Positions 53,646 through 64,000 of a DNA stretch of 64,000 nt are shown piece by piece. A program made the position numbers and the translations under genes. Location of the stretch: NCBI RefSeq assembly GCF_022539665.2, contig NC_081331.1:3596001-3660000 (forward strand). The letters run 5' to 3'. The notes below the pieces were generated by a model, which had not been told where the DNA came from, ran no database searches, and saw nothing but the letters and a program-made list of their open reading frames with translations. Source of the stretch: Daphnia carinata (taxonomy: Eukaryota). Within the stretch, counting starts at the first letter, position 1. The number at the start of each line of letters is the position of its first letter.

Positions 53646-56600
53646 GTAAGTCACCTTTTATTTAAAAGAATTGGATTATATCCTGTCGCCGGATTTGTTT
53701 TTGTCGCAATGCTTTTTTTTTTTCTTTTCTAAAAAGGAATATGAGAGGAAAAAGTCAGTCGCGAGTTTCTTTTTTTTTTTTTTTTTTTTGCTGTACATAA
53801 TTTTTGTTTTGATTGATTGATGCGCGTCTGTTGCGCGTCGTGATTCGTTGGTGCGGCCGTGATGCCGCCGCCGGTGACGTCCTACCCCCATAGACCGACT
53901 AGTTGCCTGTTGTTTTGTATGACTTTCACACATGCGGTGAACCATCGTTACAGTCCCTTAGCTACCCACTCATCACGCGATAGACGGCAATTGTTGCCTT
54001 CTTTGAACAATTCTTTCGAAATGGCTTTATACACACGATGCTCTATGGTTTCACCGACTCGTCTGCTTTGATCTATAGGTTGTTCATCATCACAAGACCC
54101 CTTTCATTATCATATTTATACACAACACCCCCAAGAAGACCGAGAACAATGAAGAGAAACCCCCTGTATGTATCCCTCAAGGTTAAAACAAAAACTTGTT
54201 GCATGTGGAAGACAATGACGTGTAGTTTGACGGCACTCGCACGTTGAACCTTTTCCTAGTCTCACATGTGGTTGTCACATGGTAGTGTGTTATGCTTTAA
54301 GAGCGCACACGCGATATGATTAGACATTGCAATCGCTCGACAAGGGTGAGAGCAGACAATCGTGTGGAAATTTCAACTGTTTGATTAAGCGTCCAGTCGA
54401 TGCGCTCGTCGTTTCTTTGCACAGTTGCAGTTTGTTTTCCTTCCCATATCCAAGAACAAGCAAAAGGTACTGACGGCTTCATTTGTAGGTGTTTGACGTG
54501 GCAACCTCATAGGGTTTTTGTGCTTTCATAAGACTGCCCTGGATAACTTTAAACAAATCACATTGCATACGATCTTTCTTGCGAACATCTCTTCGCCAAG
54601 TCTCTCCTTTTCTTTTGCAAATTGTTGCGCATGCGTCTAGTATTTATTTTGTTTTCGCATAGAATAACAAAATTTGTGTTTTGTATGTGCCATAAGCTCA
54701 ACGGGTCGCGACCGACTGTATGGAAAGCTGAGGGCGATGACTGATGAATGGGCCCTCCTCTTTTCGTCTCGCTTCCATCGTGTACATGTGCGTGTGTTTT
54801 GTCTGCCATGATCTCATCTAACGGCATCACGAGCGTCTTCCTGTGTGTCTACAACCAGTAGGTTAGATGTGCTCTTTCGTTTGCTACCGACACAAAGACA
54901 CAATCCTCTTTTTTCTTTTTTTCTTTTCTCGCAATTTTTTTGTCAGTTTCCAGTGGCATTCAGGGCGGGATAGAAAAGAAGCCCAACGTGCAAGCACCTG
55001 GGCTAATCACGTCGAGAATGTCAAGTGGCCGATAGAAAATAAGCTGTCGCTCACACACACAGAAGCAAACACAAAAAGTTGGCGTGACAATCACTCGCTC
55101 AAAAGAAAAAAAAAAGCCTTTTTTTTTTTTCTTTCAGCCACGCTGTTGCTACCCTTTAACAGTTTTTTTTTTTTTTCCCCTTTTATTTTACCTGCCAAAT
55201 TGAAATACTGTTGCTGTAGCAACGAAGGCACCTGTCAATGGCACTGTCCTCCGCTAGCGCGGTCGCATAATGACAAAACCGTGTCTCTTTTTTTCTTGTT
55301 TCGTAGTTGTCTCCTTCATACCACCGGTTTCCGTCCGAGAGTGTATGCTAAATAATCGTGTTCTTTCTTTTGTTTGCTCGTTGTCGTCCTCTGCCGCCTT
55401 AGAACGTTAGCGAAAAAAGAATAAAAAAGATAGCCAGATATAAACACATTGCTACCAACCATTAGTTTGTTGTTATATTGTACAACAACTCGGATCGTAT
55501 ACTTGTTTTTGCCATAATGGAATTATTTATTTTCCTTTTTTTTTTTTTTTACAAACCAAAGAAGAAGAATTGAAATGAAATAGTCGGCTTCCTTTTTATT
55601 CTTTCAAACTGTCACTTGAAGAAACGGCTGTCTCTTTCTATGGTGAATCTCTTTTTTCAAAAGTGTAACGATGGCCGATGCGCGTATTACATGTCTAATG
55701 TAATTGCTCCGCATAAAAGCAGTGCCGCTAAAATTAAAAAAAAAAATACGTCAAATCAGCCAAATGGAACTATTCGGCATTGCATTTCACTTGTATGATT
55801 CTGGACTAAAGAATCATTCGATACTGTACCCCGCCGACCATTTCCCACATTTATTAAGCCGCTATCAACAAAAACTTTTTTGTTATTGTCATCTTCATCT
55901 GATGATGATGGCACTTTTTTATTTTTTTCAAAACTATCGCAAGGTGAACAAAACAGCAACAAAAGTACAATAGGGGGGCGGTAATAGACATACAGCAAAG
56001 AGAAAGAAAACCATGTTTTGTTGTTTTTCGGCATTTGTTTTATTTTTTTTTTTTTCGGTGGGGTCGTTGTGTACCCTCCCATTCCATGCTAAGAAGCATG
56101 ATATGAAAACAAAAAGAGATTTTTTTTTTTTTTTTTGTTGTTGTTGCTCTTGATCGAGACTTGATTGCCGACGACGGATGACATCAGACAGACGAGAAGA
56201 CACTTGATTCTATGACGGACGCATAAATGATAAGAAAAATATACACTAGAAAAAAGCAAACGAAAGAAACCCCTCGGAAAGATAGTTGTCTTCAGGGGTG
56301 GGGGAGGATGAAAATGAGAAGAGACAGAAAAAAAAAGATGATTATAAAGAAAAAAAAGCCATCATCATGACGTCTCCTCCTACCTGACGGTTCTTTTTTT
56401 TTTTCGACCTACTTTTCTTTCGTATTCTGACCGAAAGAGAGGGGAGAAGGCAGATGGCGCGATGCGTTGACTCAAGAGATTTTGTGTTTGACGGATCCCT
56501 AATTTTCATTTTTCGCTTGTTTATTTTCTTTTTTTTTCTCTCTCTCTATCCATCAGAGAGATTCTCCGAAATTGATGCAGAAGGTGTATACACCTCTACA

Positions 56601-56957
56601 TGTCGCCACAGGGGGGAGGGGGGGGGGAGCGCTGAAAAGACATCGTCCCACCCGTAAACACAAACGCAGATTGCGACGAAAACAGAAAATTGGGAGCAGG
56701 AAACAGTCGGTAGTTGTCTGTTTAAATGAAATCCAAAACGAAAAATGATTGAAATAAGAATAGAGGCAAAGCAAAGCTCGGTCAAAATGTGCGTGTAACG
56801 CGAAAGCGAAAGACACATGAGGTCGTCGTCGATGAAGGTGATGGACGACGTGAGCCGTCACTCGCAGAAGACGTCATTGTTGCTTAACAATTTCATTCTC
56901 TGCTTCTCCAGAGGGGGAGGGGGGGGGAGGGGAGTTAATCAAAACACGTCTCAGTAG

Positions 56958-56986
<29 letters not shown>
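56958..56986. repeat. (AC)n microsatellite
   Basis: Perfect AC run. Confidence 0.9.
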
Positions 56987-56991
<5 letters not shown>

Positions 56992-59900
56992 CGGTTGAAA
57001 AAGTAGGAAGCCGGTCGTAATAAATATTACCTGTCTCTCCAGCTTGATGGAACTTGAATATGATGCAATAAAAACGAAAAACAAAAACAAAAAAAAATAA
57101 ATAAAAATAAAAATTTGAGTATGTATATCAGAGTCTACTTGAGATGTAGAAGAAAATTGCGTGTCGCCGTTGGATGAAGCGCGCTCGTAAATCGGACAGC
57201 GGGATCCTGGAAAAATGGAACAACATCGCCATCGGCTCCTACCTGTTTACCTTGCGATGGCGCAGTGCGCGTGTATTTTAAGTCGTTTGCATAGTGTAGG
57301 CTTCCTCAATGAGCCGCATGAACGGGGAAGCGAAAAAACTGCGGGAGTCAATTGCGTCTCGTGCATACACATGTGCGTTAGTTAAGTGGATCCTCTTGCT
57401 GCGCTCGGCCACATTCCCTTCAATTTAAGGCGAGCGTGCGAGAGAGCGGCTCTTCTTCGTCCCTCCTTTTTTAATTCCTCCAAACTTGCGGCTGTTTGGT
57501 TGGTCAGTCATCTTTATCCACCTGTCCGCTTTTCTTTAAATTTTTTCTTAAAAGAAAAAAGAAAAAAAAAGGAGACCTCCTTGCATTTTGTTTTGTTTCA
57601 TTTTATTTTAAATAGAAACTATAACTATGGTAACCCCCCTCCGGATGATAATAATGAGGAGTCTATATATTTGAGAATTTATGTTTATATCTATATATAT
57701 ACAGTGCACGTGGCGGAGAAGGAAAAAGAACTTTATGAATAACGACATCAACCGTCAGAAGGAAATATAGCGAGGTCGGGGTGTGTGTAGAGAAAGAAAA
57801 AGGATCTCGCCGCTCAGGTCCGCATCGCGATGCGAACACACCGAAGAATGCAACAAGAACGGCGGCAACAACAACATCGCCTTGGCTCTCTCTTCAAGAA
57901 AAAAAAAAAAAAAAAAAAAATCTTTTTCTCATTAAAAATTTGGTGGTAGAGAGAAGGAGGGAGTTTTCGAGTCCGGTCCGAAAAGAAAAAAAAAAGAACC
58001 TGTTCTCTTTTTCATTTCTTTTTTTTTTTTTTTTCTCTCCGTTGGCAACGCTCGGTTATTCTGTCGAGTGAGCGGGCAGCAACAGCAGCGCTCATTTATT
58101 ATAGTTTATGTTCAGTCGAGTCGTGAAAATGCAAGAACAAGAAGAAGGAGGGAAAGACAACACGCGCAAGACACCGATGAAGAGGGGGAAAAAAAAAAAA
58201 GAAAGAAAACTTGCATGTTTCTTTTTTGTTTGTTAAATTTTTCAAATCGAGAACTTTGGGGGGGCGATGGCTACAGGAGTTTATACAAGACGAAGAACGC
58301 GGTCGCAATTGAGTTGTTCCAGCCACACAGATTTTAATAGGGCCCGCTGATACCCGCTCCCTAACGAAAACAAAAATTTGCATGACGATTGAGATGCAAC
58401 TACTTGCTTCTCACATTTTGATTATTGTTTTTTTTGGTTTTGTTTTTTTTATAGTGGGATTGGAAGGGTGCCGCAAAGACGGGATGGTCTAAACCAAAAT
58501 CATAAGTAGAAAGAGATAGATGGGATAAGGATTGAGTCATTGAAGAAGGTCGGGTGTGATTGGAAGGCCACCGCTTGAGCATCCTCAAGGAGAGCGCTTC
58601 CCTTTGTGTTATTTTTAATGCGCATTCGGTGTCTGACGGATAATCGGACCCAGGCGACTCTGTTGATTTGGCCCACCGCAGGGACAAGGCACGAATTCTG
58701 AATAATCAAAAATTGATATGTAACGAGTTCGTGAAAATATAAGAAAGAACACATCCTCAGCTGAGCTGTACGCACATGGCAAGCGATTCGCGCATTTTGA
58801 CGTAACAACACAACAACCTATTGCTGATTAAAGGGCACGGAGGACTTCAGTTTCAGTTAGTGCGACGGGATAATTTTCTACCTGGCGGTCATCACGTAGT
58901 GCGGTCGCTAGCTTTGCATGCAAATCAGGCACCGCTTGTATTATGCGTCCTCGCTCAGTGGGGGAGGCGCATCGACTCTTTTTCTTTTCGAGCTGCTGTT
59001 GCGGTACCCGCTGACCTTCTCTTTTCGACGCTCGCTTCTCATGGCTCTTGTAACAGATATAGTATATAAACTGGAGAGCGCAACTGCTTTCTCTCCGACC
59101 TTACAATGTCTACACATTATGGTAGAAATGCTGTGTTTTTTGCGAACAAAACACTGCGAATACGATTTCGAAAGATTATTTCTTGCGGGTTAAAAAAAAA
59201 AAAAAAAAAAAAAAGGAAAATCACGTCCCGACTTTTGTTATGCTTCTGTATGTGTTGAAGTTGTTTTACTCGACCTTTTTATTTGCTGGTGAATTGGAAG
59301 GGGGGGGGGGGGAAAGCATCACCATGACGCAATCAATTTGTGTCGCCACTCCTGCGTACCGAGGTGGATTGAAAGGAATAAAAGAAAGAAAAAAAATAAA
59401 ACAAGCGGTCAGTGGATAATTTCCCATTTGAAAATTGCTCTCAGTGTAGATGCGGAAAAACTCTTTTTCTTTTTTTTTGTAGGCATTTTTAATCATTGTG
59501 TCTGTACATTTTTCTTTGTGAGACACTCATGTTTCGAATGTAACTTCTTTTTCTTTTTTCTCTCACCCCATTTTTAAAAGAAAGCTCTTTCTCACTTTGG
59601 CAATGGATTAATGATCTTGTCTGCACCTCTCGACTTCACCCCTCTCTATTACCGCCAACAACTTAACAACTTTTCTTTTCTTTTTTTTTTTTGCTGCTGC
59701 TGCTGACTTCTTACTATAACAAAGTCGGCAATCCCCGTCAGCTGGTTGCCTTATTTTGTTCCTTAAAAGCTCATCAACTGCTCTACCCCGGACGGGATTT
59801 CTCTCCATGTTTGTTTTGTTTGTTTTTTTTTTGCCCCAAAAAAGTCAAATGAGTTTAATTTTTTTTTTTGAAAGTCTTCTGACGACAAAATGACGCATAA

Positions 59901-60096
59901 TTGTGGAAGGGACTAGTTTGGGATGCGTGTTCCAGCGCGCAGCACGAAGGGGTCGAATAACAAAACATGTCCCTTTAAAAAAAACAAAAAAAAAAACAAA
60001 AAAAAAACATTATGGGCTTTTTTCTTCCCTGATTTTGGTCACCGTCGATATGTCGTCTCTCTTTTCTGTCCCCTCTCTCGTTTAAGCTCTTTTTAA

Positions 60097-60122
<26 letters not shown>
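60097..60122. repeat. (AC)n microsatellite
   Basis: Perfect AC run. Confidence 0.9.
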
Positions 60123-60127
<5 letters not shown>

Positions 60128-62031
60128 ACTAGCTCTTGATTGTGTAAGTTTGTCCCAGATATGCCAAATGCGGTTGGACACCGTGTGACCTTTTGCTGAA
60201 CTGGACCCGACGCAGAGTTTGGCATGTTTGGAGAGCTGTAAGGCAAACGAGCTCAATCAAAGCTCAACAACAATAACAAACAGAGAAAATACGAATGGCC
60301 ACAAAGTGAGGCATGTTTTTCTTGAGGGAGCATTTCAGGTCGCAAGATGTTGGAACAATTTATTTTATTTTCCATTTTTTTTTTTTTTTTCGGAGGGGGG
60401 AGCTCATGTCATTTGACTATGCCGCCTTTGAGAGACTTAAAAACTCGGTGGCATATGCAAAGCATACGTAGAGCAACAAAGTGCTATTCACCATGGAGGA
60501 ATGAAAATCTTTTTTTGTGTGTGTGCGTGTGTGTGTGTATGTTCATCTTTTGGCTTTTGTTCGCTTCAGTTCCAAACAGTGCCACTTATTACAAGACGAG
60601 AGCCAGGGAAAGATGAAGGGCCTCATCTGAGGACGGGTGCGCTAGTTGTTCATCTCGAATTTCACGATCCCCAGAAAAAAAAGAAGCTGAAAAAGAAGCT
60701 GCTTTCATCTCTGTAATGTTTTGTCTTGAATGTCTGCCTGCCCAAACAAAAGACAAGAACATGTCGACTTTTGTTGGTTGTCTTTGAGAGAGAGGTCTTG
60801 TTAGCGCAGCTCATCTTGCATGCGTGATCCACTTCTTGGTGAAATGCACCATTGACCGCATGTACACCAACGACAGATATATGTAGGTAACATATCCATG
60901 TGTTTATCCCGTGTCTAGTTTACTCCAACGACCTTGCCTTATTCCCATCAAAAAAGAAAAAGCTTTCGTCTTTGATTCGTTCGTTATTTTGCCTGATTTG
61001 TTGCTAGACACACACACAATTTCAGGGCATTCAGTACCGCCACTTGCGCGTTATTTGAAAGAGTTGATTAACACACAAAGACGTAGGTCTAACATTCGTT
61101 AATAAAAAAAAAAAAAAAGAAACAAGTTCGGGTCTATACCTGTGCGCTTGTTTGCCTGCCGGTCATCGGGCACTTGAATAAGACGTGCCACAATCCTTAT
61201 ACGTATTTGATGACCATCACCATTACGAGGAGGGTTGAAGAATAATGGAGTCATCACGTCCCGAAAAAAAAAAACCATATAAGAGGAGGCGGTCGATTGC
61301 TTTGCACCGTTTTCAAATTGGTGGCTAGTTGTTGTTTTTATTTTTTTAGTTTGCCGACTACAGTCTGCATTAAATGGAGGTTGCGGCGCGCCAAGCTGCG
61401 CACCTCCAACAGCCGGCCGTAGAATGAAAATGTTCTAACCGAGGCGCAGATTGTAGAGAGCGGCTGGGCAGCAGCGGCTCCCCATAGGAGCTAATTGCCG
61501 TTGTTCTGGGAAATAATGGAGATGGTCTCGGTACACGCGGACACGGCAGTCTCTTGAGGTGATGGACTACTTATTGGATCTGTTACCTGTCTGTGGTGTA
61601 ATTACGTTCGCATGATGCTTTGTCTTCCCTCATTATCGCACCACCAAGGCAATAACCCGTCGTAACGTTCGTTTTCCATTTCTTTTTTTCTTTTTTTACC
61701 TTGTTCTTTATCGTTTTGCATTTTTCATGATCTTTCTCTCTGCACGATCAGAGTCGGAACGTCAAAAAAAAAACGCCATAAAAGGAACTTTTTTTTTTTT
61801 TTTTTTTTTATTTATCTCTGGAAACGATGAGGAATGGTCTTTTTGTTCATCTTTTCACGCAATTGTGCGTCTTTTTGCCCTTTTTTTTCTTTTTTTTTTT
61901 GGTTTTTAAAAAACTGTTTCACGTCAGATTGAGATAATCTGGTGTATAAAAGGAGCTGCACTATTACAGATGGCGGTGAGACAGAGATGGTGGCGGTGCC
62001 TTTCTTTTGTTTGTGTATTCAGCCAATGTAT

Positions 62032-62058
62032 CACACACACACACACACACACACACAC
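62032..62058. repeat. (CA)n microsatellite
   Basis: Perfect CA run. Confidence 0.9.
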
Positions 62059-64000
62059 GTACACACAAAAAAAAACTGTTTTAATTCCTATATTGGCGTA
62101 GATGGCTATTTTGCCTTGGATTTTTTTTTTTTTTTTCTGCAGTTGATCGTGATTTCAGAACAGTGTGTTGTTGTGCGTGCGTCGTGTGTATGGACACGCC
62201 GGAGCCGGGATATGTTGGCGGCATATCGGCGCTGTTTGCTTTTCTTTCAGGTTTTTTTTTTTTTTTTTGTCTTTTCAGTTGGGAAAGAAAAAACCTGGAT
62301 AGGTAGACCCGAGAGAAACAGTTTCTTTTGTTTGCGTGCGCTTATCAAGTGGACAAATCAGAACTGATGTGTGCGCGCGCGACGAGAAAAACTGGTTCAA
62401 CTCGATCGACTCGTTCTTTTCCCCATCCGCAGCAACACACCCCATTAAGATAGACAAAAATAGTACACACGCAACATTTGTGACTACACACACAAAAAAA
62501 TGCGAGATGGTTGCGACAGAGCCGAGCAGAAAACCGATAAAGAAGAACTTGATGGCGAGTCATTTAATCCTTGAGAAAAAAAAAAAATACATTTATTGTA
62601 AATTGAGTGATTAAAAATAAAAAAAAAGAAGGTTTTCCTTTCCGTTCGTTATATGTCGCAAGACGAAGAAATCCCCATGTCATCGTGGAGCTCGTGACAA
62701 AAGCTCGAACTTGCGCTTGCCGAATCCTCGTCGCGGCTATTGTTGTCCCGAGTGCTGATCAGGTTATTTAAAAATGTCCAAATTGTAGCACTTGCTGGAC
62801 TGGTTTAGAACGTCCTTTCTCTCCTCTTATGGACGGACTGAGATGACGGAACAAAAAAAAAGAGAGAAGGTTCTTGTATATGTACGATATAGAATAAGGA
62901 TAATACGTGTTTTGCTGCTGTCGCTCGCGTCCTTCACAACAAGTCTCCGACCGGGACCCGACACAGCGAATATGCCCTAAATTTCTATCGAAAAACAAAA
63001 AAGAATTGATCCTTTAAAAAACGGTTGCTGGCCAGTTTGTACGGCTTCAACTACTTACGCTTTAATGGCCCTTTTTTTTTTTTTCTCCTTCTCATTTTTC
63101 TTTGTATAAAAAAAAGAAAAAAAGAATATGACGGCTAACTATAGCTACTTGCTGCAAGACGTTTTCTGGAGATCGCACCATTTCATTTTTTGATGATAGG
63201 TGCCGAGTGTGATGGACAACAGATAGGATGCCACTAGTGAATGTGTTCCTCTTTCAGGTGCTTCCACCATTCTCCCTATACAATTTCGTCTTTTCTCCAC
63301 CACTCGAAGCGTAGAGACACACCATTGACGTGTGTATGTGCCTAGTAATAGACGGACTAGCGCAAATGTACCAGCAACAAAAGGTGGTAGCTTCTTTTCT
63401 TTTGCTTCTGCGTGCCTTCCCCTCGAGCGGAGCCACAAGGCCGAGCAAGGTGAACGTTAACTCGACAAGACATCTCTCTCTATCTCTCTTTTCTTTTTTT
63501 TTTTTTTTTTGCCTCGTTTCTCATAAGAAAAAAAGGTTGAGAAGGGAGGAAAAAAAAAATATCAAACAACTTATAGTTCCTTTTTTTTCCCCAACTTTTT
63601 CTGATTTCTATGAGCAAAGGCCCATTTTTGGATAAGAAAAACTCACAAAAGATATTCGACGAAGAATAGATACGAGGGGATATGCAGAAAAGAACAAACA
63701 AGAGAAAAATATTGAAGACCAGCTTTGCTTTCTTCTTTTTTTTTTTTTTTTTTTTTTGAAGCTGAGGATGTTGAAGTTCAATAGATTAATGTAGTAGTTC
63801 AGCTGGAATGATCCCACGTTCTGTTTATTGATCCGAGATCAAGAAAGTGGTAAGAGGAGATTATACAACGTTCATCCCAATCGAAATCCGCTTTGCATCG
63901 ACAAATACGAAAATCCGAAACAATTGAAAACTTCTTTAGAGATTTGAGTCTCAATATCTTAAAAAAAAACAAAAAACGTTCCTTTAATTTGTCTTTCTTT

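Noticed and set aside
16881..58884. Zelda-type CAGGTAG heptamers (about six seen)
   Set aside because: The number is close to a rough chance expectation for this length and composition, and the sites are not clustered.
1..64000. Prokaryotic systems (CRISPR arrays, operons, defence islands)
   Set aside because: The window is intron-containing eukaryotic DNA with no regularly spaced repeats or long ORFs.

Overview
This is eukaryotic (metazoan) genomic DNA. The short 60-140 nt GT-AG introns, dense poly(A)/poly(T) tracts and many microsatellites suggest a compact arthropod genome such as Daphnia (inference, not verified). One protein-coding gene is well supported: a complete 10-exon MFSD12 orthologue (MFS lysosomal cysteine-importer family) on the + strand at 10127-13329, giving 520 aa after hand splicing. 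The remainder (1-9.7 kb and about 14-64 kb) has no recognisable coding sequence; the ORF-track entries there are low-complexity artefacts. Points of interest in the non-coding part: (1) a tRNA-headed, A-tailed SINE-like element (41922-42230, -) back-to-back with a second degenerate Pol III A/B-box unit; (2) a GC-rich island at about 29.9-30.0 kb with two GGGTGGC-N6-GCCACCC palindromes nested in a larger, alternatively foldable structure; (3) candidate 5' exons of a large + strand gene (donor at 50793; exon 53401-53645 with a Kozak ATG) whose body would lie beyond the window. No rRNA, intact tRNA, CRISPR array, transposase or recognisable conserved miRNA was found by eye.
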